Shown in pieces: positions 37,314-47,048 of a stretch of DNA of 64,000 nucleotides. This stretch comes from Candidatus Adlerbacteria bacterium. GTDB lineage: Bacteria > Patescibacteriota > Minisyncoccia > Phycocordibacterales > SBAW01. The DNA lies in NCBI GenBank assembly GCA_026397405.1, contig JAPLUW010000001.1:239825-303824 (forward strand), written 5' to 3'. Made by a program: the position numbers and the translations under genes. Positions within the stretch are counted from its first letter, which is position 1; each line of letters begins with the position of its first letter. Under the pieces are notes generated by a model that saw only the letters and a program-made list of their open reading frames with translations, did not search any database and was not told the DNA's origin.

Positions 37314-38450
37314 CTACTTGCCCGGCAGCGGCAGTATAGGTGCTTGCAACAAGCGAGAAATAATTTCACGCAATGTGCCAGCGTTGGTTGTTATAACAAT
37401 TGTCTGTCGGTCTAGAAAGGTCCAGAGGAAATTAAGCGACCCGTCCGCGCTTGTAAGTATCCGTGCGTTGTGGTTTTCGACAATTACGTCAAAAAAGTTA
37501 GTCTGCAAAAATTGTGCCGACCCAGCACTTTGCTGCGCGCGCACACCAGGGGCTGGAGTGTACGCAAACAAAGGCGAGAGGTCGGCCTTCATGCTTGTTT
37601 CCCACGCTAACATTCCTGCATACGCTTGTTCGTATGAGTCGACTTTAATAATCAAAAACGGCTGGTTCAGTCCAAACGAATGTACACCAAGCAAGTACAC
37701 CGGCTGCACCGCACGCAATAAATTACCCGGGATGTCGGGTGCAAGCGCCGCAAGTAATGTGGGTGCATCGACATACTGCGTTACAGAGTCGCTGCTTGTG
37801 GCAGGAGTTTGTATATACAATTGCGCAATCAACCCAAGAGAGAGGTTTACAGATTTTTTTGCCTGCACGAGCTGGTTCATCACCGCGCTTGGTGTTGTGT
37901 TTTGAGACATCGACACGAGGGTTGTGCCGTCGACGGCAATAAACGGCGCAGCATTTGGTGACCCTGCCGGGAGCGGTGCGTTAAATACATACACGTAGTG
38001 CACCAGTACCCCTGCGGCAATAACCAGCAACACACTCGCTGCAATAAGTACGACAGTACGGAGTGTGTGTTTTGGCTGGGTGGCCTCTATGAGTTCGTGT
38101 ATTTCGAGGCTCTTCTTGCTGCGCCTCTCTGCCTCTGCTGCGGCGATGGAAACAACTGAAACATGCTTTCCTTGGACGACACGTTCCACATCGCCTTGGT
38201 ATGTCTGTAAATTACGCACATCAGACGACTCCGCTTCTACAAGAGGTTCTGGTGTCAGAGCAGAAGCTAATACAGGGACCACCTCTGGTTTTGGTTCTGC
38301 AAGCGTTGCCCCCAGTTCTTGCGCCAAAAGTGCGCCCGCGTTTATGCGCTGCGCAGAGTCGACGGACGGGCCGTCTTTTTTTGGTAGGAGGATTTTACCT
38401 AGGTCTATCTCCCCCGCCCCCGAGTGTTGGTCCTGTGGTTCTGGTGGCAT
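37314..38450 (-). CDS. Single-TM hypothetical protein
   Basis: Disordered N-terminus, LQTYQGD motif, central TM, AGMLAWE motif; start MPPEPQ overlaps the pnp end. Confidence 0.7.
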   Translation of the reverse strand: MPPEPQDQHSGAGEIDLGKILLPKKDGPSVDSAQRINAGALLAQELGATLAEPKPEVVPVLASALTPEPLVEAESSDVRNLQTYQGDVERVVQGKHVSVVSIAAAEAERRSKKSLEIHELIEATQPKHTLRTVVLIAASVLLVIAAGVLVHYVYVFNAPLPAGSPNAAPFIAVDGTTLVSMSQNTTPSAVMNQLVQAKKSVNLSLGLIAQLYIQTPATSSDSVTQYVDAPTLLAALAPDIPGNLLRAVQPVYLLGVHSFGLNQPFLIIKVDSYEQAYAGMLAWETSMKADLSPLFAYTPAPGVRAQQSAGSAQFLQTNFFDVIVENHNARILTSADGSLNFLWTFLDRQTIVITTNAGTLREIISRLLQAPILPLPGK

Positions 38451-40650
38451 TGTTTTGTGTAGACGGCGCGAGACCCTTACGTGCAGCAAACTCTGGGTCA
38501 GCTCCTTTTATAGAGAGGTTGATGCGGCCTTTTTCGTCTATCTCTTTAATCATAACCCGTACTTTCTCTCCAACAGTTACGACACCTGCAATTTTCTCAA
38601 TTCTGAACGGCGCAATTTCAGACACGTGCACCAACCCTTCGGCATCTTTGCCGGGGCCAATACGCACGAATGCACCGAAGTCCATCAAACGAGTTACTTC
38701 ACCTTCGTATACTTCGCCCGGTTTATATTCTTTGACGAGCGCCTCGATCATGCCTTTTGCTTTTTCGGCGCTTCCGTTTTTGCCGGTGATAAAGATAGAG
38801 CCATCGTCTTCTATAGTAATATCTGAAACAGCAGTGACATCTTTAATGCCGTTGATAGTCTTTCCTCCCCCGCCAATGACCAAACCAATTTGGTCGGGGC
38901 GTACGTGCATCGTAATAATTTCCGGTGCGCGCGGGTTTATGTGTGCACGTGGTGCGGCAATTTCTTTTTCAATGACATCAAGGATATGCATGCGCGCTGC
39001 TTTTGCGCCGGCCAGTGCTTCAACCAAAATAGGTACCGGCACGCCGTCGAGTTTAATGTCCATCTGTATCGCAGTCACACCAGTGCGCGTACCTGCAACT
39101 TTAAAGTCCATGTCGCCGAACTCGTCTTCAGGACCTTGGATGTCGGTCAATACTTTGTAGCGTCCGTCGCCATTCATCGAAAGCATCAACCCCATGGCGA
39201 TACCTGCAACCGGTGCCTTCAGCGGCACGCCGCCGTCCATCAGTGCAAGAGTTGATGCACAGACTGAACCCATCGATGTCGAGCCGTTGCTTGCCAAACA
39301 TTCCGACACTAGGCGAATGGTGTAGGGAAATTCTGCAACAGACGGTATCACTGCTTCGAGCGCTTTTTCTGCAAGTGCACCGTGCCCTGTTGCGCGGCGG
39401 TTAATGCCGCCAACACGACCTGTCTCCCCTGCCGAGTACGGCGGGAAGTTGTAATGATGCATGAAACGTTTTTTAACGTCGTGCTCTTCCATCGAGTCAA
39501 TAACCTGTGAATCACCGGGCCCACCGAGTGTGAGTGCAGAAAAGACGTGTGTACCGCCACGGTAAAAAATACCCGAGCCGTGCAAGATGTCCGACACCCC
39601 ACCTGCTTTTGCAAACAGTGGGCGCACCTCTGTGAAACTGCGGTTGTCTGCACGCATGTCGCGTTCAACTGCGCCGTGGTGGATTTCTTCATCTACTTTG
39701 TCTTCCAAGAAACGTTTTGCTATGGCTAATGGAACCGAATATTCCTGAAGAAAAGTCTGGCCGTGCGAAGCAAGGGAGTCCGAGGACTTTTCGGAAGGAA
39801 CATTCGGTGTAGTGAGACGCTTCATCCATTCATGTTGTACTTCGTGGATAGCGTCTTTGCTTGGGACTCCACAGAAAACTGCATCACTTAATTTTTGTTT
39901 AAATTCTGTTTCAAAAAGTTCTGTGAGCGCTGCAGGAACTTCCGGTTTCGGTGCTTCGCGTTTTACTTTGCCGACTTCTGCAATTATTTTTTTCTGCCAT
40001 TCTAAAATTTTATCGTGCTCGGCTGTTGCGCGTACAAAGCCGGCAGCAACATCGTCTTCACTCGCCTGTTTGGCAGCAACTTCAATCATGTTTATTGTGC
40101 CGTCTTTACCGCACGCCAAAATGTCGAGCACTGTCTCTGCACGCTGTGCGTATGTTGGGTTTACTATAAAATCTCCCGTTGCATTTTTCCCAATGCGCAC
40201 CGCAGCAACTGGCCCACCCCATGGGATGTCCGATGTTGCCAATGCAAGTGACGCTGCGTTTACGGCAATAGAGGCAGGGTCCTCTTCATCAAGCGCAAGC
40301 ATAGTGATGATCACCTGCATCTCGTTCCGCATATGGTGCGAAAACAACGGGCGTATGGTGCGGTCAACAACGCGGCCTGTCAGTATTGCTTGCTCGCTTG
40401 GTCTGCCTTCGCGACGTACAAAACGGCTGCCGCCAATGGTGCCGGCTGCATAAAAACGTTCTTCGTATTCGACAGAGAGCGGAAAGTAGTCGATATCGTC
40501 ACGTGTGCGGTGCGACATCACAGCTGTAGCCAACAGTGCCGTGTTGCCGTAGCGGACAATAACCGACCCGTTTGCCTGCTCGGCTAGGTCGGTAAATTCG
40601 GCCGAAAGTACCTTCCCGCCTATGGTTGTTTCAAATTTTTTCGATTTCAT
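38395..40650 (-). CDS. pnp: Polyribonucleotide nucleotidyltransferase (PNPase)
   Basis: YFPLSVEY, RREGRPS, HGSGIFYRG, FMHHYNFPP, SNGSTSM, GDMDFKVAG; KH and S1 domains. Confidence 0.97.
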   Translation of the reverse strand: MKSKKFETTIGGKVLSAEFTDLAEQANGSVIVRYGNTALLATAVMSHRTRDDIDYFPLSVEYEERFYAAGTIGGSRFVRREGRPSEQAILTGRVVDRTIRPLFSHHMRNEMQVIITMLALDEEDPASIAVNAASLALATSDIPWGGPVAAVRIGKNATGDFIVNPTYAQRAETVLDILACGKDGTINMIEVAAKQASEDDVAAGFVRATAEHDKILEWQKKIIAEVGKVKREAPKPEVPAALTELFETEFKQKLSDAVFCGVPSKDAIHEVQHEWMKRLTTPNVPSEKSSDSLASHGQTFLQEYSVPLAIAKRFLEDKVDEEIHHGAVERDMRADNRSFTEVRPLFAKAGGVSDILHGSGIFYRGGTHVFSALTLGGPGDSQVIDSMEEHDVKKRFMHHYNFPPYSAGETGRVGGINRRATGHGALAEKALEAVIPSVAEFPYTIRLVSECLASNGSTSMGSVCASTLALMDGGVPLKAPVAGIAMGLMLSMNGDGRYKVLTDIQGPEDEFGDMDFKVAGTRTGVTAIQMDIKLDGVPVPILVEALAGAKAARMHILDVIEKEIAAPRAHINPRAPEIITMHVRPDQIGLVIGGGGKTINGIKDVTAVSDITIEDDGSIFITGKNGSAEKAKGMIEALVKEYKPGEVYEGEVTRLMDFGAFVRIGPGKDAEGLVHVSEIAPFRIEKIAGVVTVGEKVRVMIKEIDEKGRINLSIKGADPEFAARKGLAPSTQNNATRTTGPTLGGGGDRPR
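39734..39808 (-). repeat. Intragenic palindromic element, copy 3 (pnp)
   Basis: Coding strand GAAAAGTCCTCGGACTCCCTTGCTTCGCACGGCCAGACTTTTC encodes EKSSDSLASHGQTFL; 12/13-bp outer arms ACCGAATATTCCT / AGGAACATTCGGT; 75 bp. Confidence 0.85.
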
Positions 40651-40689
40651 GCATACACTGTAAGCCAAAAACACCCTCCCGCCTATTAC

Positions 40690-40718
40690 TTGACAAATAT
40701 GCCGATATGCGGTATAAT
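40690..40718 (+). promoter_or_regulatory. Consensus sigma70 promoter
   Basis: TTGACA-17 bp-TATAAT. Confidence 0.8.
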
Positions 40719-40777
40719 AGAGGGTAGGAGTCAGCTTAGGGGAATTAGCCCCAAAAGCCTTTGAAAAGGGGAAAAAG

Positions 40778-41272
40778 TTGAAGATTAAGCGCCTACCGCT
40801 CTATAAGTACGAGCTAACCAAGCTCGTACTTTACTGGTCTCTCCTGCCGCTGTCCTTCTGGGCATTCAGCATGATGGTCCAGTACTGCCCCCAAGCTGTG
40901 CTGGCGGTGACGAGCGTCGTCAAGCCGGTCTTGGCTTGGCTGAGCCACTACTTCTTGGACTTGCTTTGGAACCTCACCGTTCCCGAGCCTGTCCGACAGC
41001 AGGTGAACCAGCTAGGTGGGTTCCTGGCTCCGCTGGCCAAGCCCCTCGCTAAGGGCATTGCCTGGGGCAGCCAGAAAGTGGCGGAGGTAATGGATGACCG
41101 AGCTAAGGCTGCTCTAAGCCTTGCGTTCGGCGGGTTCATCCTGATCTCGCTGCTCCCCAGGCTGCTGCGCTTGGCAGTAATGCCCTGGGTCTATGCCAGG
41201 CTGGTGAAGGACATTCTCTCCAACACCAGCCAAGAAGAGCTCCTCGCGGAGCTCGAACGCAGGAAGAGCTAA
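40778..41272 (+). CDS. ORFan membrane protein
   Basis: TTG start after AAGGGG SD; hydrophobic segments; C/G-ending codons; own promoter and terminator hairpin (~41302-41335). Confidence 0.7.
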   Translation: MKIKRLPLYKYELTKLVLYWSLLPLSFWAFSMMVQYCPQAVLAVTSVVKPVLAWLSHYFLDLLWNLTVPEPVRQQVNQLGGFLAPLAKPLAKGIAWGSQKVAEVMDDRAKAALSLAFGGFILISLLPRLLRLAVMPWVYARLVKDILSNTSQEELLAELERRKS

Positions 41273-41434
41273 CCCCTCTCCTCCGTTCACAACATCGCGA
41301 CCGCCGTCCCTTAAACAAGGACGGCGTTTCTATTTCTACTAATTTCCATTGACGCACATCTATTTCAAATATATGGTTATGGTGAAATTGTTACCCAAGG
41401 GATTTTCCGAGGGTGGTTGAAAAGGGAGGAAAAA

Positions 41435-41572
41435 GTGAAGTTTATTCTCTCGTGGGTTAAGAGCCTCTGGTCCCGTTACCAGATTTTTAGACTCCAAAGA
41501 GAAGCTTCTGGGTTCGGCTCGGCTGCCGAGCCTTGGGCAGATCCGCCGCCTCAAATTCTGAGGCCTGAATAG
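41435..41572 (+). CDS. Small ORFan protein, 45 aa (not in the ORF track)
   Basis: GTG start after GGGAGG SD; MKFILSWVKSLWSRYQIFRLQREASGFGSAAEPWADPPPQILRPE*; TTGACG-17-TATGGT promoter at 41349-41377. Confidence 0.55.
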   Translation: MKFILSWVKSLWSRYQIFRLQREASGFGSAAEPWADPPPQILRPE

Positions 41573-41593
41573 ACTTTGCCCCCCCCCAATAGC

Positions 41594-41632
41594 AAAACCG
41601 CCGACCTTTCGGGGCCGGCGGTTTTTTCTTTT
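41594..41632. terminator. Bidirectional terminator
   Basis: AAAACCGCCG...CGGCGGTTTTTT. Confidence 0.75.
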
Positions 41633-41637
41633 TGTAA

Positions 41638-42285
41638 TTAGATATTTTCTGAATCGCTGTCGTCGTAGACTTCTTGGCCGACATCGACTCCTTCGTCTTC
41701 GATGGGAGTGGGGCCTGGTTTTGCTCCGCCGCCAAAGCCAGGGATTGAAAATCCGCGGCCTGCTCCCCCGCCACCTTTGTAGTTAATAAGGTAGTTGCGT
41801 GGGTTGTCGCACATGTCTATAAAGTCGTCGGTCACTTCGCGCAGTTGGCTCGACGACGACTTACCAAAGGAAATAACTTCCACTTGGCAGCCGCGTGCGT
41901 AGCGCAAATATTCAACAAGCGGGACAAAGTCGCCGTCGCCGGTACCAAGGACTATGGTGTCGAGCTTTTCGGCCATTGCAATGGCGTCAATTGCCATGCC
42001 CATGTCCCAGTCGGCTTTTTTAGCGCCGCCGGCAAAGATTTTAATATCCTTTACTTTTGTCTCGATGCCGAGCTTGTTTAATGCATCAAAAAAGCTCTTT
42101 TCTTCTTCGCTTTCGGTGCGGATAACATATGCCACTGCGCGTACAAGTACGCGGCCTGCAAGAGCTTCCTTAACGACGTTACCGAAGTTAACTTTAGCTT
42201 TGTAAAGGTTTTTTGCGCTGTGGTAGAGGTTTTGCGTGTCTATAAAAATGCCGACGCGCTGGCTTTTGTGTTTAATGATTGCCAT
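41638..42285 (-). CDS. NYN domain (LabA/DUF88) protein
   Basis: IFIDTQNLY, KKADWDMGMAID, GTGDGDFVPLV, DDFIDM. Confidence 0.9.
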   Translation of the reverse strand: MAIIKHKSQRVGIFIDTQNLYHSAKNLYKAKVNFGNVVKEALAGRVLVRAVAYVIRTESEEEKSFFDALNKLGIETKVKDIKIFAGGAKKADWDMGMAIDAIAMAEKLDTIVLGTGDGDFVPLVEYLRYARGCQVEVISFGKSSSSQLREVTDDFIDMCDNPRNYLINYKGGGGAGRGFSIPGFGGGAKPGPTPIEDEGVDVGQEVYDDSDSENI

Positions 42286-42413
42286 ATAAATATGAACTGC
42301 TTAAAAAATGAACGGTTATTAAAATACGAACTGACTAAATAAAAGGCCTTACTCTATTGTATACGAACAAAAAAGAAGCACTGGTGCCCTACTGCGTAAA
42401 AAAATGAAGAAGA

Positions 42414-42680
42414 TTATTTCTTCAAACCCAACTTTTTAACAATAGCGGTGTGGCGCTTTTTGTCACTGTTTTCCAAATACTTCAAATGTGTGCGGCGGTC
42501 TGCAACCATCTGCAAAAGGCCACGGCGTGAGTGCTTGTCCTTCAAGTGTTTTTTCAAATGGTTGGCGAGTTCTTCAATGCGTTCGCTCAACACGGCAATT
42601 TGCACCTCGGCAGAGCCGGTGTCGGTGGCATGGATGCCTGTTTCTTTGATTATTTTGGCCTTTTTCTTCGTAGTCAGCAT
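42414..42680 (-). CDS. rpsO: 30S ribosomal protein S15
   Basis: DTGSAEVQIAVL, HLKKHLKDKHSRRGLL. Confidence 0.97.
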   Translation of the reverse strand: MLTTKKKAKIIKETGIHATDTGSAEVQIAVLSERIEELANHLKKHLKDKHSRRGLLQMVADRRTHLKYLENSDKKRHTAIVKKLGLKK

Positions 42681-42815
42681 GGCCCATATGGTAGCACAGG
42701 CTCGTGTTTTTTGCAAGAGGGTCTATATAAAGTAGAAAACCCGGCAGCTTCCCTTCCCTGGTTGAATAGGGAGAGGAAAGCTACCGGGTCGCCTGCGCTA
42801 ACCACAGACAGGCTG

Positions 42816-43127
42816 CTAGAACCGTACGACGAAAGTGAGGGGTGGATTGCGCCGACGCCGCCACCATCGCCGCCACCCGATCCTTCCTGGAGGAGGGTGA
42901 GAGCCCACTATTTCCGCGTCCTCTCTGTTCAGAAAGGGTCGCAGCACCCAGCTCCAAATCACTTTGTAGGCCACGAAGATCGTGGCAGTGATCGCGGAAC
43001 CGGCGATGGCGGATGTTGCCAGCTCATTGGACCCCATCCAGAGAGGGAGTCCGAGCGTCCTCATGTAGATGTACATAAGCACGTTAACGACAGCCAAGAG
43101 GGCTGTCCAATGGAGTAATTTTCGCAC
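42816..43127 (-). CDS. ORFan membrane protein with Arg/Trp-rich tail
   Basis: GTG start after AAGGAG; TTGACA-17-TAGATT at 43198-43226; two TM helices, tail WRRWWRRRR; terminator hairpin ~42738-42790. Confidence 0.65.
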   Translation of the reverse strand: MRKLLHWTALLAVVNVLMYIYMRTLGLPLWMGSNELATSAIAGSAITATIFVAYKVIWSWVLRPFLNREDAEIVGSHPPPGRIGWRRWWRRRRNPPLTFVVRF

Positions 43128-43265
43128 GAGAGGGTACTCCTTATTGGCTTGGCAGCAACGCTTAATGCGCGCCATTTGAGGTGAACAAGCCGGTATAAAT
43201 CTATACATCTTTTGTATTTTTGTCAAGTACGTCTAAGCCCCATAATATAAAGGTACAATGTGTTT

Positions 43266-44174
43266 ATGGCAGCAGACTTAAAAGACCTCAAAACTCAGTT
43301 TTTAGAATATTTGGAAATTGAAAAAGGCCGCTCTATTAAAACGGTCGAAAACTACGACCGCTACCTTTCGCGTTTTTTGGCATATAGCAAAATTACCTCC
43401 CCTGCCAATTTGACCGAAAGCGCCGTGCGCGAGTTCCGCTTGCACTTAAACCGCCAGGCAGGTACTGCGGGTACGATGAAGCACAAAACACAGAACTACT
43501 ACATGATCTCGCTACGGGCGTTTTTAAAGTTTTTGCGCAAACGCGACATAGAGTCGTTAAATCCAGAACGGATTGAACTTGCCAAAGTGGGTGCGCGCGA
43601 CTTGGATCTTATTACCTCCGCCGAACTAGAGCGGTTAATGGCGGGACCCAAAGGTTCGGGGCTTTCAGAATTACGCGACCGGGCAATTTTAGAATTATTT
43701 TTCTCCACCGGGCTGCGCGTGTCGGAACTGTGTTCGCTTAACCGCGACTTGGACTTAACGCGCGACGAATTTTCTATCCGCGGCAAAGGCGAAAAAATTC
43801 GCGTTGTCTTTCTCTCCCCTGCTGCCAAACGCGTTATAAAGGAATATCTAGACAAACGCGGCGATGTAGACGAGGCGTTGTTTATACAAATGGGTAAAGG
43901 TTCAAAAAATGCTAAAGAGCTGCGGCTCACTCCCCGCTCGGTCGAGAGGTTGGTTAAAAAGTACGCTATTAAAGCGGGTATTACGCGCAAAGTAACGCCG
44001 CACGTTATCCGCCACTCCTTTGCGACCGACCTTTTACAAAACGGCGCCGACCTGCGCAGTGTGCAGGCTTTGCTTGGGCACGCAAACATCGCAACCACGC
44101 AGGTCTACACCCACGTCACCGATAAACACCTGCACGAAGTCCACAAAAAATTCCACGGAACGGGCAGGAAATAA
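43266..44174 (+). CDS. XerC/XerD-type tyrosine recombinase
   Basis: RDRAILELFFSTGLRVSEL, GKGEKIR, TPHVIRHSFAT, LLGHANIATTQVYTH. Confidence 0.93.
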   Translation: MAADLKDLKTQFLEYLEIEKGRSIKTVENYDRYLSRFLAYSKITSPANLTESAVREFRLHLNRQAGTAGTMKHKTQNYYMISLRAFLKFLRKRDIESLNPERIELAKVGARDLDLITSAELERLMAGPKGSGLSELRDRAILELFFSTGLRVSELCSLNRDLDLTRDEFSIRGKGEKIRVVFLSPAAKRVIKEYLDKRGDVDEALFIQMGKGSKNAKELRLTPRSVERLVKKYAIKAGITRKVTPHVIRHSFATDLLQNGADLRSVQALLGHANIATTQVYTHVTDKHLHEVHKKFHGTGRK

Positions 44175-44179
44175 ACCTT

Positions 44180-44862
44180 TTATTTTTTACTGCCAAAAAT
44201 TGCAACAAAAAGCCGTGTATTTGGGTCGCGGGATATTTTCCCTAAGGTTTCTATTTTCTCAACTTCCAAACCTGCGTGTTGCAATGCTTCCACCATTTCT
44301 TTCTGTGAATGTTGATACATGGTGTTTCGAGAAAGAGGATTAACTGGAATTTTTACTTTTCCGATAAGCAGCTTTCCTACCCTTTCAGTATCTGAGTACA
44401 TACTTTCCCATGCATCGTAGGCTTCTGGATTTGTGGTAATAATAAGAAATTTTCCGTCCGATTTAAGCACTCTATATAGTTCTTGAGAAGCGATACCCAA
44501 ATTTCTAAGTGGAACCATACAGTTATCGAAAAACAGCCGGCCATCGAATTACTCTCAATTGGCAGTTGATAAGCATTCCCTGTTAAGAATTTCCTATCAG
44601 AACGTGAGTAACGTTCTATTGCACGTTCAGTAAGCACCACTGAAGGTTCTATTCCAACGTAGTTTGTGTCTTTCTGATATGAAATTTGTTCTGACGCTAC
44701 TCCTTGTCCGGAGCCAATATCAAGAATTGTTCCGTTTATTCCTTCGCTCCATCTTTTTAGTAGTGGATAAATTTCATTATCGCGGATAAGTCCTTTCTCT
44801 CCTTCTACACTTCTAATCCATTCTCGGGCTACCTTTTCATCTTCAAAGGGATTCTCTTCCAT
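44180..44862 (-). pseudogene. Class I SAM-dependent methyltransferase split by a single-base frameshift
   Basis: 5' ORF has ILDIGSGQG and GNAYQLP; 3' ORF has ELYRVLKSDGKFLI; adding one A at ~44502-44504 restores WFHLENLGIASQELYRVLK. Confidence 0.75.
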
Positions 44863-44983
44863 GCGTGAAGTTTACATTATTTAAAAAATTCTTCGACATG
44901 CTCTGGAACATGGCGGAATAACCCAGCAGGCGATTCTGCTGAATTGAAAAGAAAAACGCTCCAGTTACGGAGCGCTTCGGTTT

Positions 44984-45559
44984 CTATTGCCAGACCCCTT
45001 CGGGCGAGGGCAGGTTTACTGCTTCGGCAAGTGCGAGCAGCGCGGCGTTGAACCTACTCTTCCATTCGTTATGCTCGTCTTTGTATCCGTTTCTTCTGTT
45101 GAACGGCAAGGAGAGCGCTGTGGTTCCGCCACCACCGAGAAGTTTTACTAACTCGTTGTTTTTGTGGTCGGCGTAGACCGGCAGAGAAATACCTTCGTTT
45201 GGGTACTCTGTCCGTACAGCCAGCAGTGAATCCCTTTCGCTGTCTATTCCGTGCGTATAGGTGTAGACGATGCCGTCGGCCACCAGACGAATGTCGAAAC
45301 GAAGTAGCTCATGCTTTTTCCGGCGGTCGTTCCACGGGGCCACCTTCCAGACGCCGAGAACTATCCCACTCTTTTGTTTAATTTCGTGCAGTGTCGCCTT
45401 CTCGAAGAGTTCCTGTACCCACGCTGTGGGCAGCGCATCTACCTGGGGTGCCTGGTCAACGAACACAGGTGTGTTTGTCGGAACAAAGTACGTTATAGAA
45501 AGGAATGCTCCAACCAGGGTGGCAATTCCCACAGCAAGACGTTTTCCGTAACGTGACAT
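44984..45559 (-). CDS. ORFan membrane-anchored or secreted protein
   Basis: GGAGG SD, N-terminal TM, terminator CGCTCC-GTAACT-GGAGCG-TTTTC downstream. Confidence 0.7.
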   Translation of the reverse strand: MSRYGKRLAVGIATLVGAFLSITYFVPTNTPVFVDQAPQVDALPTAWVQELFEKATLHEIKQKSGIVLGVWKVAPWNDRRKKHELLRFDIRLVADGIVYTYTHGIDSERDSLLAVRTEYPNEGISLPVYADHKNNELVKLLGGGGTTALSLPFNRRNGYKDEHNEWKSRFNAALLALAEAVNLPSPEGVWQ

Positions 45560-45704
45560 CGATACCTCCTGGGTCTATCCGCTCTTTTTATACTTGGTTT
45601 TGTACATCTCCACAAGGAAGATATTGCCCAGGGTGTCTACATTGACTTGTGGGCAGTAAAAAATTAGTGTTACGCGCAGAAGTCCACCAACATTGGGGAG
45701 TCCC

Positions 45705-46445
45705 ATGCAAAAAGTTTGTCTAGTAACGGGCGGTTCGCGGGGTATTGGCGCAGCGACTGCGCTACTCTTGGCAGGCAAGGGCTACAATATCTGCGTCAAT
45801 TATCGAACCAACAAAACAAAGGCGCAGGTCCTTGTTGAGAAGATTAGAAATAAGGGGGTAAAAGCCATTGCGGCGAAGGCGGATGTTTCCGACCCACGCC
45901 AGGTCGATAGACTTTTCCGTACCATAGACGATAATCTCGGCAGGCTAACGGCTTTGGTCAATAACGCGGGGGTTGCAGGGAGCCGCAAAAAATTTCTCGA
46001 GGTTTCCGACGCTGACTTTGATGCGGTGCTGGACGTGAATTTTAAAGGTACTGTCCACTGCACGCGACATGCATTGCAGAGAATGGCTCTGTCTCGCGGA
46101 GGTTCGGGCGGGGCTATCGTCAACATATCATCTACGGTAACGACGACGGGTGGCATCGATCTCGTTGCCTACGTTGCGAGCAAGGGGGCAGTAGAGGCCT
46201 TCAGCTTGGCTGTTGCAAAAGATTATGCCAAGGAAGGAGTTCGCATAAACGTGGTGCGACCGAGCATCGTTGCAACTGAACAGCAGCCCCTCGAAGACCT
46301 GGCTTGGTTGGAGAGAACAAAGGCTTCCATTCCTGTGCGCCGATTAGGAGAACCTGAAGATATTGCGAAGGTTATAGCGATGCTTCTCTCCGACGAAGCC
46401 GCGTTCATGGTTGGTTCGGTTGTCGATGTAACAGGCGGCCGATAA
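45705..46445 (+). CDS. SDR family oxidoreductase
   Basis: TGGSRGIG, LVNNAG, IVNISS, YVASK. Confidence 0.93.
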   Translation: MQKVCLVTGGSRGIGAATALLLAGKGYNICVNYRTNKTKAQVLVEKIRNKGVKAIAAKADVSDPRQVDRLFRTIDDNLGRLTALVNNAGVAGSRKKFLEVSDADFDAVLDVNFKGTVHCTRHALQRMALSRGGSGGAIVNISSTVTTTGGIDLVAYVASKGAVEAFSLAVAKDYAKEGVRINVVRPSIVATEQQPLEDLAWLERTKASIPVRRLGEPEDIAKVIAMLLSDEAAFMVGSVVDVTGGR

Positions 46446-46512
46446 CTACTCTACGCAGCCACCTCACACGGGTGGCTGTTTTTCTTTTCATTCAGCAGAA
46501 TCGCCTACGGGG

Positions 46513-47007
46513 TTAAAATTCTACTTCTGTATATTCAAACTTCTCAACCGCAAAAGGTTTTTCGATGCCGCTAAAGTAACACGTGCCCTCTATTGTTTTG
46601 CCTTGCTGCAACACCAGCGGCACCCAGTGCGTGTCCGATGGCCACATGTCGTCTATGGGTAAATTTTTTAATTCATGCCACGCCGGCAGCGACATCTCGC
46701 GTGTTTCAATAGGCTCGCCAGAGAATTTGTTTGCAATAAATACGTGCACGTCGTGGTCGTACGCTGGAACATCTTTAAAACGGAAGAGTACATGTGCGAC
46801 TTTTTTCAAATCTTCCTGCCGTACGTCTAAACCGCATTCTTCTTTTGCTTCGCGACACGCACTTGCTTCAACGGTTTCCCCTTCTTCTACTCCTCCGCCA
46901 AACCCGTTCCAATATCCCGCTCCAAATGTTTTGCCGGGCCGTTCCTTCTTTTTTCCAAGCAACACTTTACTTCCTTTGTGGATATATAAGAGATTCACGA
47001 GCCTCAT
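46513..47007 (-). CDS. NUDIX hydrolase (8-oxo-dGTPase / MTH1-like)
   Basis: WNGFGGGVEEGETVEASACREAKEECGL Nudix box, MWPSD. Confidence 0.9.
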   Translation of the reverse strand: MRLVNLLYIHKGSKVLLGKKKERPGKTFGAGYWNGFGGGVEEGETVEASACREAKEECGLDVRQEDLKKVAHVLFRFKDVPAYDHDVHVFIANKFSGEPIETREMSLPAWHELKNLPIDDMWPSDTHWVPLVLQQGKTIEGTCYFSGIEKPFAVEKFEYTEVEF

Positions 47008-47048
47008 ATATAAAGTGTACTCCAAAAAGAAAAGCCCCTTCCTTTCAG

